Program-made: the position numbers and the translations under genes
NCBI GenBank assembly: GCA_005223035.1
Contig: NJBK01000009.1
Coordinates: 7,613-71,612, forward strand
Direction: 5' to 3'
Length of the DNA stretch: 64,000 nt
Origin: Chloroflexi bacterium B3_Chlor
GTDB taxonomy: Bacteria > Chloroflexota > Anaerolineae > UBA7937 > B3-Chlor
The notes under the pieces: generated by a model
Databases searched by the model: none
Told to the model about the DNA's origin: nothing
What the model saw: only the letters and a program-made list of their open reading frames with translations
Shown here: piece after piece, positions 18,298 to 28,041 of the stretch
Layout of the letters: the number at the start of each line of letters is the position of its first letter
Position numbering within the stretch: the stretch's first letter is position 1

Positions 18298-19118
18298 TTG
18301 ACGTACTTCAGTTCGAGTTCATGCAGCGGGCCTTGATAGCTGGAATGTTGGCTAGCGTCGCCTGTGGCATCATTGGAACATACGTAGTCGTTAACCGTTT
18401 CGTTTTCATCAGCGGGAGCATCGCCCACGCTGCCTACGGCGGCATCGGTCTCTCGCACTTCCTGAAGACCAATCCCGTCCTGGGCGCTACCGTGTTCAGC
18501 GTCGGGGCTGCGCTGGCGATGGGCGCCGTGCGGCGCAAGACTCGGGAGCGTGCCGACACCATCATCGGCATGATGTGGGCTATCGGTATGGCGGTTGGTG
18601 TCATCTTTGTTGACCTTGCGCCAGGCTACGCGGCTGATCTGATGAGCTACCTTTTCGGCAGCATACTCACGGTCCCGTGGACAGATGTGCTGATCATGGT
18701 CGCGCTCAATGTTGTGATCATTGTCCTCGTGACGGCATTCTACAAGGAACTGCTGGCCATTTCCTTCGACGAAACCTACGCCTCCACCGCGAACGTGCGG
18801 GTCGACGCAGTTCACTCACTGCTGTTCTGCCTGGTCGCCTTGACGGTGGTGATGCTAATGCGAGTAGTGGGGTTGATCTTGGTGATTGCGCTCCTGACGA
18901 TGCCGGCGGCCATCAGCGGACAGTTTACTTCGAATCTTAAGAGAATGATGGTGACGTCTGTCGCCCTGGGCGTTGTGTTCACCACTACGGGCCTATGGCT
19001 ATCCTACGTTTTGGATCTCACTTCCGGAGCGACCATTATCCTCACTTCGGCTTGCGGTTTCATTCTGGCGATGATTTATAAGGCTGCAGCGAGGTGGCGC
19101 ATGCAGCGAACTGTTTGA
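18294..19118 (+). CDS. Metal ABC transporter permease (ZnuB-like)
   Basis: 274 aa, ~8 TM, ABC-3 family-like sequence (FMQRALIAG.., LLTMPAA). 4-nt overlap with the ATPase gene. Confidence 0.88.
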   Translation: MIDVLQFEFMQRALIAGMLASVACGIIGTYVVVNRFVFISGSIAHAAYGGIGLSHFLKTNPVLGATVFSVGAALAMGAVRRKTRERADTIIGMMWAIGMAVGVIFVDLAPGYAADLMSYLFGSILTVPWTDVLIMVALNVVIIVLVTAFYKELLAISFDETYASTANVRVDAVHSLLFCLVALTVVMLMRVVGLILVIALLTMPAAISGQFTSNLKRMMVTSVALGVVFTTTGLWLSYVLDLTSGATIILTSACGFILAMIYKAAARWRMQRTV

Positions 19119-19165
19119 GATTCTCATAAGGAGGCAGTATGTGCCAAGAGCCGCGGGAGCGGTGA

Positions 19166-19539
19166 CTTACGAAGGAACTCGGCGAGGGCAGCCCCGGACT
19201 CACCCGCAGTTCTAGGAGGCAATTGACTGCCAGGACGCCGGTACTGTCCCGCGGACAAGCGGGGGCACACCAGACTTAAGGCATCGGTGCAGGGTTTGTC
19301 CCCGTGGTGCTCAACAGGGATGTCAGAGACGAAGTCATCAGAGTGCAGGATCAAGATGCCATTGCCATGGCGCGTCGTTTGCCAAAGAGGAAGGCATTCT
19401 GGCTGGCATCTCCTCCCGGGCACGTGCTTTCGCCGCTGTGGAGGTGGCTAGCAGGCCCGAGAACAAAGGTCTGTTCATCGTAGTCATCTTCCGGGACACC
19501 GGCGAGAGCTATCTGAGTACACCTCTGTTCCACGAGGGT
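19166..19539 (+). pseudogene. cysK: Remnant of cysteine synthase (CysK/CysM, PLP fold type II): C-terminal ~120 codons only, with one nonsense codon and one frameshift
   Basis: Frame 2 reads [48 protein letters not shown] (TAA 19277-19279 where CysK has Q in HKIQGIGAGF). After a 1-nt loss near 19380 the next frame reads [45 protein letters not shown]. The N-terminal two thirds are absent. Confidence 0.75.
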
Positions 19540-19561
19540 ACGCAGGGATTGTATGAACCGT

Positions 19562-20881
19562 CTATTCGATGCGGCCAACAAGGTCATACTCCAGTGCCTC
19601 CGTGATGCGCACGGAGGCGAATTCGTTTGTCGGCAATTCGCCGTGAATCAACACCATGCCGTCCACCTCCGGGGCGTCCCGATACGAGCGGCCCACGCTG
19701 ATGTCATCGCCTACCCCTTCTACGAGCACCTGCAGTTCTTGACCGACGAATTGCCTGTTCTTTCTGAGGGAGATTCTCTGTTGCAAGGCCATGGCTCGCT
19801 GATACCTGTCTTCCTTGACGGGTTGTGGGAGCTGCTCGCGCAACTCGGCCGCCTTTGTTCCCTGCTCCCGTGAGTAGGTGAAAACACCTACCCTGTCGAA
19901 AGCAGTCTCGTTCATGAACTCCAGCAGCGTCTGGAACTCATCTTTGGTCTCCTCTGGATAGCCGACGATGAACGAGGTGCGCAGGGCGATGTCCGGCATC
20001 GCCTTGCGCAGGCGCTTGATGAGCGAACGAACATGCTCCATGTCATGGGGGCGATTCATGCGACGCAGCACTTCAGGGTGGGCGTGCTGTAGCGGCAGAT
20101 CCAGGTAGTGACAGACTTGATGGTTGGAGGCCATGACCTCGATCAGCTGCGAGCTCACGTGCTGGGGATAGGTGTACATTATCCGTAGCCAAGGCAGCGC
20201 TGGTACAGCTGTCAGGATGTCCCTGACGAGGGAGGCGAGGGCGTGTTTCTGTTTCCAGTCGCGACCATAGGACGTGGTGTCCTGAGCGATGAGAATGATC
20301 TCTTTGATGCCTTGCTCGGCCAGTTCCCGAATCTCGGTCAATATAGCTTTCTTCGGCTTGCTGCGAAAAGCCCCTTTGATCTGAGGGATGGCGCAGAAGG
20401 CACAGGGGGCGTCGCAGCCCTCAGCGATCTTGACATAAGCAGTCGCCACGGCGGCGCACTGCCGGGCCAGAGGATGGACTGGGGGATGCCGGGGGCCGGG
20501 TAGCGGCAGCTGATGGAGCGCGCCCGGTCTGTGATCTGCCAACAGACCCTCTACAAGGGCGACAATCTCTCTCCATCGTCGAGTGCCGATTATTCCGTCG
20601 AGGGAAGGCACCATCCGCGCCATTTCTGTACCATACCGTTCGGCCATGCAACCGGCAGCGACAAGGTATTGATCGGGTCCTTTCGTCTCACCCAGTTCCC
20701 GCAGGGCGGCCACGGACTCCGCCCTGGCGCTGTCGATGAACCCGCAGGTATTGACGATGAGGATGTCGGCTTCTTGGGGGTCGTCGGTGGGCTCGTAACC
20801 GGCACGGTGCAGTAGTCCCGTCAGGCCCTCGGACTCGACTGTGTTCTTGGGGCAGCCCAGTGAGAGCAGATGGAAACGCAC
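19562..20881 (-). CDS. rimO: Ribosomal protein S12 methylthiotransferase RimO (radical SAM, MiaB family)
   Basis: [42 protein letters not shown]; radical-SAM [11 protein letters not shown]; C-terminal TRAM domain. GTG at 20881 is chosen because the upstream gene stops at 20890; the 21016 start would overlap that gene by 127 nt. Confidence 0.9.
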   Translation of the reverse strand: MRFHLLSLGCPKNTVESEGLTGLLHRAGYEPTDDPQEADILIVNTCGFIDSARAESVAALRELGETKGPDQYLVAAGCMAERYGTEMARMVPSLDGIIGTRRWREIVALVEGLLADHRPGALHQLPLPGPRHPPVHPLARQCAAVATAYVKIAEGCDAPCAFCAIPQIKGAFRSKPKKAILTEIRELAEQGIKEIILIAQDTTSYGRDWKQKHALASLVRDILTAVPALPWLRIMYTYPQHVSSQLIEVMASNHQVCHYLDLPLQHAHPEVLRRMNRPHDMEHVRSLIKRLRKAMPDIALRTSFIVGYPEETKDEFQTLLEFMNETAFDRVGVFTYSREQGTKAAELREQLPQPVKEDRYQRAMALQQRISLRKNRQFVGQELQVLVEGVGDDISVGRSYRDAPEVDGMVLIHGELPTNEFASVRITEALEYDLVGRIE

Positions 20882-20889
20882 GAGTGGCC

Positions 20890-21741
20890 TCAAGGGCCTG
20901 GGCTGGGCGTGAGCACGGCGGTAGTTGTGATAACAGGCGTGCCAGACGGGGAGACTGGCAGTGGCGTGCCGGTGGAAAGGGGCTCGGGAGTAGCGTGGAG
21001 GCTCCCCCAAGTCCATTCAATGTCCACGACTTCGTCGGGCTCGCCCAGGAGGCCCAGTTCCTGCCCATTGAGTGTCACCAGGACACCGCTGGCGTTACCC
21101 ACATGCATGGCGATGCTGTCCTCCGCGAACCATGACCAATTGGTGCCTGCCTCGATGAGTCCCCGGAATGCGGGCTCACCGTCGACCGTGACCTCCAGCC
21201 ACGTTCGAGCGATGATCTCCACATCCACTTGCAGCCGGCCCGACGGGATTTCAGTGGCCGTGGACGTTGGGGATGGCGTGTTGGTAGGGCTCAATTGCAG
21301 AACTGGCGAAGCCAAGCTGACACGGTGGGTGGGGGTCGCCGAGGATATGGATGAGACTGGGAACCAGCGGTTGTAGGCTAGGACTCCTACGACTGCGATG
21401 GATGCTACTATCAGCACTCCCAAGAACAAGTTTATGAAGAGCCACGATGATATCGTCATACCTTTCGGCGGTTCGAACCCCTCAGCCACAGGTGTGGCGG
21501 GACCAACCTGTTCCTCCTCTCCGCCATACAGGGTCATGACTCCGCTCAGATCAAGGCCCAGGTACTGGGCGTAGTTGCGGAGCAGACCTTTGCGGTATAT
21601 TCCAGCCGGCAGCTCTTCGTAGTTCTCTTCCTCTAAGGCCTCTATCTGTGGTTGCCTTATTCTGGTCTCTTCTTCGACCTCTGCGGTGGACAGGCCCTTC
21701 TTTTCCCGGGCCTCACGTAGTAGTCGGCCGAGTTCTCCCAA
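20890..21741 (-). CDS. RodZ-like cytoskeleton-associated membrane protein (HTH + TM + DUF4115-like C-terminus)
   Basis: GELGRLLREAREKKGLSTAEVEEETRIRQPQIEALEEENYEELPAGIYRKGLLRNYAQYLGLD, a single TM, a PT-rich linker, and a C-terminal WLEVTVDGEPAFRGLIEAGTNWSW domain. Confidence 0.75.
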   Translation of the reverse strand: MGELGRLLREAREKKGLSTAEVEEETRIRQPQIEALEEENYEELPAGIYRKGLLRNYAQYLGLDLSGVMTLYGGEEEQVGPATPVAEGFEPPKGMTISSWLFINLFLGVLIVASIAVVGVLAYNRWFPVSSISSATPTHRVSLASPVLQLSPTNTPSPTSTATEIPSGRLQVDVEIIARTWLEVTVDGEPAFRGLIEAGTNWSWFAEDSIAMHVGNASGVLVTLNGQELGLLGEPDEVVDIEWTWGSLHATPEPLSTGTPLPVSPSGTPVITTTAVLTPSPGP

Positions 21742-21819
21742 ACTACCCTCCCCTCACGCTTTCAACCATGGTTTCGTTCAAAGTAGGCTTCCGTTTGTCC
21801 AGATACATCACGATTGGTG

Positions 21820-22419
21820 TCACATTTCCCTTCTGCCTTCCAAAGCCCGGGTTAGAGTCACCTCATCAGCGTATTCCAGGTCAGCTCCCATGGGCAGGCC
21901 GTGGGCCAGGCGGGTCACTCGCACGCCCAAAGGCGCTAGTTGTTGAGAGACATACATGGCTGTGGATTCACCCTCCAGATTCGGATTGGTGGCCAGAATG
22001 ACCTCCTCGGCTGGATGGCGCCGCAGACGCTGCATCAGCTCTGCTATCTTGAGGTCTTCCGGCCCCACACCCTCCAGCGGTGAAATGGCACCGTGTAGGA
22101 CATGATACAGACCATCATACGCTCTTGTCCGTTCGATTGCCAAGACATCCAGGGGCTCCTCCACCACGCAGATGAGGGAGCCGTCTCGCTGAGCGTCACC
22201 GCAGATAGCGCAGGGGCTCGTTTCCGCGATGTTGAAGCACATTGAACAAGTGACGACCTTGTTATGAAGTTGGCCGATGGCATCCGCCAGGGCCTGCACC
22301 TGCTCGCGGGAGGATCGCAGCAGGTAGAAGGTCAAGCGCGAGGCGGTCTTTGGCCCGATGCCTGGCAAACGGTTTAGCTCCTCGATAAGGCGTTCTACAG
22401 ACTTGGGGACTGTTCGCAT
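21820..22419 (-). CDS. recR: Recombination mediator RecR
   Basis: LIEELNRLPGIGPKTASRLTFYLL, zinc finger CSMCFNIAETSPCAIC, Toprim region ICVVEEPLDVLAIERT..YHVLHG..ILATNPNLEGESTAMY. Confidence 0.95.
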   Translation of the reverse strand: MRTVPKSVERLIEELNRLPGIGPKTASRLTFYLLRSSREQVQALADAIGQLHNKVVTCSMCFNIAETSPCAICGDAQRDGSLICVVEEPLDVLAIERTRAYDGLYHVLHGAISPLEGVGPEDLKIAELMQRLRRHPAEEVILATNPNLEGESTAMYVSQQLAPLGVRVTRLAHGLPMGADLEYADEVTLTRALEGRREM

Positions 22420-22420
22420 C

Positions 22421-22759
22421 CTACGTTAGGCCAGGTATTCCTAACCCGCCTGTGAGGCCAGCTAGGCTTTGTGCTGCCAACTCTCCGGCCTTTTCTGAGG
22501 CCTCGTTGACGGCAGCGATGATCAGGTCCTGCAACATCTCCGCGTCGTCAGGGTCGATCACCTCAGGCGAGATCTCAATGGATTCCAGCTTGTGGTGTCC
22601 TGTCATCACCACGGTGACGGCGCCGCCACCCACGGAGGTAGTGACGGTCTGCCCACCCAAAGCGTCTTGGGTCTCCAGCACCTTGGCCTGCAGTTCTTGT
22701 ATCTGCTTCAGAGGAGCTCCGCGTTGAGACTTGAACTGTGCTTTCTTTTTCCTTGCCAT
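22421..22759 (-). CDS. ybaB: YbaB/EbfC family nucleoid-associated protein
   Basis: LKQIQELQAKVLETQDAL..TVTTSVGGGAVTVVMTGHHKLESIEISPEVIDPDDAEMLQDLIIAAVNEA. Located between dnaX and recR. Start is ambiguous (22759 or 22786). Confidence 0.88.
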   Translation of the reverse strand: MARKKKAQFKSQRGAPLKQIQELQAKVLETQDALGGQTVTTSVGGGAVTVVMTGHHKLESIEISPEVIDPDDAEMLQDLIIAAVNEASEKAGELAAQSLAGLTGGLGIPGLT

Positions 22760-22877
22760 CTCGATACTCCTTTTGAGGCCGTGCATTGGACGCAGTCAAT
22801 CAGCGAAGCACGCGTTGCGAGAATCCGCTGTCTCAATTCAATCTACTTCCCTACTCCCCTTCCGTTCAACCACCGTT

Positions 22878-24509
22878 TCACTGGACTCCCCCGATCTCGC
22901 CTCCTAACTCCAGGCCTGCCTTCACCACGGGATCCTCAGCAAGCGACTTCATCTCGTCGGCACGCTCGGGATCTTGCCTACCCGCACTGGGGCCCAGGAT
23001 GCATTTGATGCGGTAGGACTGTCCCATGATCTTACTGATATCGTCTTCGACAAGCTTCCGGGACCGATCCTCCTCGAGTTTTTCTTTGTGAAAGGGGTAG
23101 CGCGCCCGGAGAGTAACCACGTCGCCTTCCACCGACGCAGGCGGACAGTCCCTGATCACAGCCTCCACATGCCTGTTGCTGGTCTTTATCGCTGCCAGGA
23201 TCTCAGTCCAATTGTCCTGTAGTCTCTTGAGAGGCGCCATTGCGCCTTCCGCAGTAACCGCACCTCCGTGCTCTTTCACGCTTGCGGGCGCTGGTTTTGC
23301 CTCAGCCTCCTGGGAGAATCGGCTTGGGCGACGCTCGACCTGGCCGGATATGGTCTTCTCTCCCTCCATCCGCTTCGGGGGCTTCTTCCCAGGCGCAGAA
23401 TGACTCGTGGCCGCAGACTCCATGTCCGGTTCTGGCGAAAGCGTGGCTTCTACGAAGGCCAGCTCCAAGGGCAATTGAGGTCGCGATGCATCCCTGACAT
23501 CCGTTGTGGCTTGGTTGAAAAGCTTGATCGTGGACACCAACCTGTCCAGCGTGAAAGACTTCGCTTGACGGGCCATTTCGGTCCGCTGCTCCTCCGTCAA
23601 GTAGGAGGGACCCAGGGTGGTCGTCTTCATCAACAGGAGGCCCCGCAGGTATTCCACCAGTTCCTTGCTGAGTTGGCGGGGATCTGCTCCATCGGCGATG
23701 GCTCTACCTATCTGACCCAGGCCGGCGGCCACATCGCAAGACGCCAGGTGGTCGACCAAGTCCTTTACGGCCTGGGAGGAGACTGTGCCCAGCATGGTCT
23801 GCACCTGCGCCAGTGTGATCTCACCCCCACCATAGGAGGAAAGCTGATCGAGGAGGCTTTCCGCGTCGCGCATGCTCCCTGTGGATTGTCGGGCAACAAG
23901 ATCCAGAGCGCCTTCTTGCACCTCCAATCCCTCGTGAACAGCGATGTTCCGCAGTCGGGCCATCATGTCCTCGAGGGGGATGGGTCGGAAGTCGAAGCGC
24001 TGGCAACGAGAAAGAACAGTTGCAGGGATCTTGTGCGGTTCCGTGGTGGCCAGGACCATGATCGCGTGGGATGGGGGTTCCTCCAGGGTCTTCAGCAGCG
24101 CGTTGAAAGCCGAACCGGAGAGCATGTGTACCTCATCTATGATGTAGAACTTGTATCTTGCCACACTCGGGGCGAAGTTAATCTTCTCTCTGAGGTCCCT
24201 TATGTCATCTACGCCCGTATGAGAGGCTGCGTCTATCTCGATGAGATCTATGGCTCTGCCCTCGTCTACCGCCTCACACATCAGGCACTCATTGCAGGGT
24301 CTGTCGACCCTGTCCCCCAGGCAATTCACCGCCTTGGCCAGAATGCGAGCCGTTGTTGTCTTTCCGGTTCCCCTTGGTCCGCTGAACAAGTAAGCGTGCA
24401 CTATTCGGGAGTGCTTCAAGGCATTGCGCAGGGTCTGGGTAACGTGGTCCTGACCCACCACCTCGGCAAAGGTCCGGGGGCGCCACTTCCGGTAAAACGC
24501 GTGAGACAC
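22878..24509 (-). CDS. dnaX: DNA polymerase III subunit gamma/tau DnaX
   Basis: YRKWRPRTFAEVVGQDHVTQTLRNAL..HAYLFSGPRGTGKTTTARILAKAVNC, zinc module CNECLMC, Walker B FYIIDEVHML, TTEPHKIPATVLSRCQRF. GTG 24509 has an AGGAGA RBS 6 nt upstream; the ATG 24584 alternative has none. Confidence 0.92.
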   Translation of the reverse strand: MSHAFYRKWRPRTFAEVVGQDHVTQTLRNALKHSRIVHAYLFSGPRGTGKTTTARILAKAVNCLGDRVDRPCNECLMCEAVDEGRAIDLIEIDAASHTGVDDIRDLREKINFAPSVARYKFYIIDEVHMLSGSAFNALLKTLEEPPSHAIMVLATTEPHKIPATVLSRCQRFDFRPIPLEDMMARLRNIAVHEGLEVQEGALDLVARQSTGSMRDAESLLDQLSSYGGGEITLAQVQTMLGTVSSQAVKDLVDHLASCDVAAGLGQIGRAIADGADPRQLSKELVEYLRGLLLMKTTTLGPSYLTEEQRTEMARQAKSFTLDRLVSTIKLFNQATTDVRDASRPQLPLELAFVEATLSPEPDMESAATSHSAPGKKPPKRMEGEKTISGQVERRPSRFSQEAEAKPAPASVKEHGGAVTAEGAMAPLKRLQDNWTEILAAIKTSNRHVEAVIRDCPPASVEGDVVTLRARYPFHKEKLEEDRSRKLVEDDISKIMGQSYRIKCILGPSAGRQDPERADEMKSLAEDPVVKAGLELGGEIGGVQ

Positions 24510-24599
24510 AGTGCTTCTCCTGCGGCTATCCTCTCGGGCGGAGCGGATGATCCGGGCTGCGGTCTTGGCGGTGAGAGGTACCACCGTAGACCAACCGTT

Positions 24600-24628
24600 A
24601 GTTTATCATCACCGTGAGATAAGTGCAA
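24600..24628 (-). promoter_or_regulatory. Candidate promoter of dnaX operon (TTGCAC-17-TAAACT)
   Basis: Minus strand: ttgcac (24628-24623), 17-nt spacer, taaact (24605-24600). Confidence 0.35.
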
Positions 24629-24692
24629 GGTTGCAGCCGGGGAGATGTGGCATTGACTGTGTTTTGGCTGCGACGCGAGGAGGAGGCGAAAC

Positions 24693-25694
24693 TCATCGGG
24701 CTTCGATGGTCAGAAAGCTGGTATCCCCTTCGGTAACGGTAACATCTGCAGCGTACAGGTGACCGTTCACATAAGCCTTGACCACGTAGTCACCCACAGG
24801 CACATTCCCCAAGACGAAGTTCTCTTCCCAGCCGTCATCAGTGTTGACCTCTCTTGGAGTGTATGTGGTGACATCTTGCCAACGCTGATCAGGGGTCTCC
24901 CGCCGGTAGAATGTGACCGACTGTTCGGGGATCAGCCGCCCCTGAGAATCGAGCAGCTGTCCGGCTATTGTGCCCCTGCCGGGCAAAGGTCGCAGCCAGA
25001 GTTCAGGGTTCCGCGTGTGGTGATAGGTATTCTGGCCTACCCGTACCTCAAGGTGCAGGTGGGGCCCTATGGCCACGCCGGTCATGCCTACTTCTCCAAT
25101 GATGTCGCCTTCCTCGACCCGTTGCAGGAAGTGAACGTGTATCTGTGCGAGATGGCCGTAGAGGACATACACTTTTTGACCATGATATTGCTGGTCCAGC
25201 TGAACGATCAGTAGTTGACCGTAGAATCCAACTCTCTCTCCATACACGATTCGATCATCTGGACCGGCCGCGATGACCCTGCCCTTGGCTACGGCGAGGA
25301 CCGGTGCGCCAAAAGGGTTGGGAAAGTCGGCGCCGTGGTGGATGCGGTACCTTCCCCCGGCGGTGGAACCGTACCGATAGAATCGGGTGGGCTCGTTGTT
25401 GTGTTCAGCATTGAATGGACGGCCTAGCCAGTGGTGGTCCTGAGGTTCGATGATCTCTGGCGTCGGGGTGAAGGTAGGGGTAGGCACGGGAGTAGAGGTG
25501 GGAGTGCGAGTGGGCGTGGAAGTCGAAGTCGCGGTAGGCGTGGAGGTGGGCTGCAGAAAAGCAGTGATCGTACCCGCCGGCGAGCGCGTCATTATTGCAG
25601 TTGTAGCCACACAGGTGAGAATCAGACCTCCGCCCACGACGGCAAGGATTAGTTTGCCCCTCTTTGGTCCCTCTTGATGATAGCCGCCAATCAC
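24693..25694 (-). CDS. Membrane-anchored M23 family metallopeptidase (peptidoglycan endopeptidase) with PT linker and C-terminal beta-sandwich
   Basis: N-terminal TM, PTSTPTATSTSTPTRTPTSTPVPTPTFTPTP linker, M23 motifs HHGADF..GAPVLAVAKGRV and GPHLHLEV. C-terminal GTIAGQLLDSQGRLIPEQSVTF is carboxypeptidase-regulatory-like. Confidence 0.85.
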   Translation of the reverse strand: MIGGYHQEGPKRGKLILAVVGGGLILTCVATTAIMTRSPAGTITAFLQPTSTPTATSTSTPTRTPTSTPVPTPTFTPTPEIIEPQDHHWLGRPFNAEHNNEPTRFYRYGSTAGGRYRIHHGADFPNPFGAPVLAVAKGRVIAAGPDDRIVYGERVGFYGQLLIVQLDQQYHGQKVYVLYGHLAQIHVHFLQRVEEGDIIGEVGMTGVAIGPHLHLEVRVGQNTYHHTRNPELWLRPLPGRGTIAGQLLDSQGRLIPEQSVTFYRRETPDQRWQDVTTYTPREVNTDDGWEENFVLGNVPVGDYVVKAYVNGHLYAADVTVTEGDTSFLTIEAR

Positions 25695-25800
25695 GTCATC
25701 ATTATATCACAGCCAAGAGGTACCAAGCCACTCGTAGGGCTTGAAGAATGCCTTCAACTGTTGTAGAATAGCGTGACGCTGGCGCGCTAGGGAGAACAGC

Positions 25801-26292
25801 ATGACTGGTAAGATCGTGTCCTCGCAGGAGGCCCGTGCCATGAGGGAACGAGTGGCATCTCAGGGCGGGAAAGTGGTGTTCACCAACGGCTGTTTCGACC
25901 TCTTGCACATAGGCCATGTGCGTTATCTCAAAGAGGCCAGAAGGCAAGGTGATCTACTCATTGTGGGTTTGAACGATGATCAGTCAACGCGGCGCCTCAA
26001 AGGGCCAGGGCGTCCCTTCATGGTGCAGGGGGACCGGGCGGAGATAGTGGCGGCGCTGGAATATGTTGACTGTGTTGTCGTGTTCAGCGAGGCGACTGCA
26101 GAGAGGCTCGTAAGATCACTCAAGCCAGATGTCTACGTGAAGGGGGGCAATTATACGGTTGAGGAGCTGCCTGAGGCCAAGGTAGTGGCCGAGTACGGTG
26201 GCAAGGTGTATCTGACATCAGTCACCCACGGCCGTTCGACGACAGATCTGATCTCCACCATCGTCGCTCACCATCAGGGGGAGCGCAGGTGA
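25801..26292 (+). CDS. D-glycero-beta-D-manno-heptose 1-phosphate adenylyltransferase (HldE/RfaE domain II, cytidylyltransferase fold)
   Basis: KVVFTNGCFDLLHIGHVRYLKEARRQGDLLIVGLNDDQSTRRLKGPGRPF..VKGGNYTVEELPEAKVV..STTDLI aligns with the HldE C-terminal domain. Confidence 0.85.
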   Translation: MTGKIVSSQEARAMRERVASQGGKVVFTNGCFDLLHIGHVRYLKEARRQGDLLIVGLNDDQSTRRLKGPGRPFMVQGDRAEIVAALEYVDCVVVFSEATAERLVRSLKPDVYVKGGNYTVEELPEAKVVAEYGGKVYLTSVTHGRSTTDLISTIVAHHQGERR

Positions 26293-27914
26293 ACACAGGC
26301 GCCTCCTCCGGAGGTGGGACATCGCTCGAGGAGGGAGCATCGCAAGCTGGCGAGGGCATAGGCATAGCCCAGGCAGCCACCATTGTGGCACTCGGCAACG
26401 TGAGCAGCCGTGTCTTAGGCCTCGTCCGCGAAACCGTCATCTCGCACCTCTTTGGGGCCACTGGGGTGGTCAGTGCTTTTCGTGTGGCTTCCATTGTGCC
26501 GACCATGATCTATGACCTTCTCATAGGAGGTATGATCAGCGCGGCTTTGATCCCCGTTTTCAGCGACTACGCCGAGCCGGAGAACCGTCAGCAGCTATGG
26601 CGACTGGCCAGCACCCTGTTCACCATAGTCGCTATCGTTTTTTCGGCCATCGTCCTTGCTTTGGAGTTGGCCGCCCCTGCCGTGGCTTGGATGTTGGGTG
26701 GTGGCTTCGACCAGCTATTGCTTGCCCAGACGACCGCGCTTATGCGGCTCATCATGCCTGCGGTTCTCTTCTTGGGGTTGGCCGGGGCTATGACCGGTCT
26801 TCTGTATTCCAACAAGCGCTTCGTCTATCCGGCCTTCGGCGCAAGCGTTTTCAACGCTGGCATCATAATCACAGCGCTACTTCTAGCCGACAGGGTGGGG
26901 ATCGCCAGTTTGTCATTGGGTGTTCTCCTGGGCTCAATCCTGCAGTTAGCTATCCAGTTGCCGGCTTTGCGAGACTTGCGGTTTTCCTTTTCTCTGGATT
27001 TTTCTCACCCGGGTCTGCGGCGCTTGGGCAGCCTCTACCTTCCAGTGGCTCTAGGTCTCGTTGTCAGCCAAGTGGGAATCGCCATTGACCGAAATCTGGC
27101 CTCTCGCACTGGCGAGCAAAGCATCGCCTGGATGCAAAACGCCACCACGCTTGTTCAGTTTCCGCTTGGGCTAGTGGCGGTAGCCATCTCCACCGCGGTC
27201 TTGCCTTCGCTCTCCCGCTTGGCGTCGGGAGCCGAGATGATGCGTTTCCGCCGCACGTTGGGGATGGGCTTGCGCACTGTCTTGCTGCTCATCGTCCCCG
27301 CCACCATAGGGCTCTTGGTCCTGGCAACGCCCGTAATAGCTTTGCTGTTCGAGCATGGTGCCTTTCAGCCCTACGACACACTACGTACTGCGCAGGCCCT
27401 GCGCCTCTATCTCATAGGACTTCCTTTCGCCGGGATAGATCAAGTTCTGATCTTCGCCTTCTACGCTCGAAAGGATACCAAGACCCCCGTTCTGGTGGGG
27501 GTTCTTGGAGTGTTCATCTATCTAGCGGTAGCGCTGGCATTGATTGCTCCCCTGGGAATGTTGGGATTGGTGTTGGCCAACTCAGTTCAGCTGAGCAGCC
27601 ATGCGCTAGTCATGCTGTACCTGGCACACCGCTATTTTGACGGCCTTCGAGGTCAAGGGTTGGCGAGAACTGTCTTGAAGGTGCTCGTGGCCTCGGCGCT
27701 GACCGGGTGTGTCGTATATCTGAGCGTGCCACACTTGGCCAGTATTGCAGGTTACGGATCACTTTGGGGGGAACCATTGATCGTAGCGGGCGGCGCGGGA
27801 CTGGGTGTGATCAGCTATGCTTTGCTGGTCTGGGCACTACGGGTGGAGGAGATCTCCCAGATACGGGAGCTGGTCACAACCAGATGGGCAACCAGGAAGA
27901 ACAACAGTTCCTAA
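26289..27914 (+). CDS. murJ: Lipid II flippase MurJ (MviN)
   Basis: 541 aa, ~14 TM. LGNVSSRVLGLVRETVISHLFGATGVVSAFRVASIVPTMIYDLLIGGMISAALIPVF, FAFYARKDTKTPV. 4-nt overlap with the upstream gene. Confidence 0.9.
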   Translation: MNTGASSGGGTSLEEGASQAGEGIGIAQAATIVALGNVSSRVLGLVRETVISHLFGATGVVSAFRVASIVPTMIYDLLIGGMISAALIPVFSDYAEPENRQQLWRLASTLFTIVAIVFSAIVLALELAAPAVAWMLGGGFDQLLLAQTTALMRLIMPAVLFLGLAGAMTGLLYSNKRFVYPAFGASVFNAGIIITALLLADRVGIASLSLGVLLGSILQLAIQLPALRDLRFSFSLDFSHPGLRRLGSLYLPVALGLVVSQVGIAIDRNLASRTGEQSIAWMQNATTLVQFPLGLVAVAISTAVLPSLSRLASGAEMMRFRRTLGMGLRTVLLLIVPATIGLLVLATPVIALLFEHGAFQPYDTLRTAQALRLYLIGLPFAGIDQVLIFAFYARKDTKTPVLVGVLGVFIYLAVALALIAPLGMLGLVLANSVQLSSHALVMLYLAHRYFDGLRGQGLARTVLKVLVASALTGCVVYLSVPHLASIAGYGSLWGEPLIVAGGAGLGVISYALLVWALRVEEISQIRELVTTRWATRKNNSS

Positions 27915-27960
27915 CAAGGGTTGAGCAACACCGGAAGGCTTCCTGAGGCTGAACGGATGC

Positions 27961-27988
27961 TTGACTATTGCGCGAATATGTATATAAT
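27961..27988 (+). promoter_or_regulatory. Candidate promoter of sortase gene (TTGACT-16-TATAAT)
   Basis: ttgact 27961-27966; tataat 27983-27988, in an AT-rich patch. Confidence 0.5.
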
Positions 27989-28041
27989 TTTACATAAGAT
28001 CCGGTTACGGCTTCAGACGTGTATCACTGAAGGATTGAGTC

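Noticed and set aside
22878-24509. Programmed -1 frameshift site in dnaX (A AAA AAG type) producing a gamma subunit
   Set aside because: I did not see a heptanucleotide slippery sequence with a downstream hairpin in the coding strand. Many bacteria make only the tau form.
23268-24617. 449-aa ORF on the plus strand antisense to dnaX
   Set aside because: It has no recognisable motif and an Arg/Gly/Leu/His-rich composition typical of antisense frames in GC-rich DNA. The opposite strand encodes an unmistakable DnaX with all clamp-loader motifs.
24510-24692. Possible SRP RNA (ffs/scr) upstream of dnaX, as in the Bacillus scr-dnaX-ybaB-recR arrangement
   Set aside because: I read the minus strand for the domain IV signature (..AGGUCCGGAAGGAAGCAGC.. 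with GNRA tetraloop) and did not find it. The region is adequately explained by a candidate promoter, a short leader and the AGGAGA RBS of dnaX. Only an Infernal scan could fully exclude a divergent SRP RNA.
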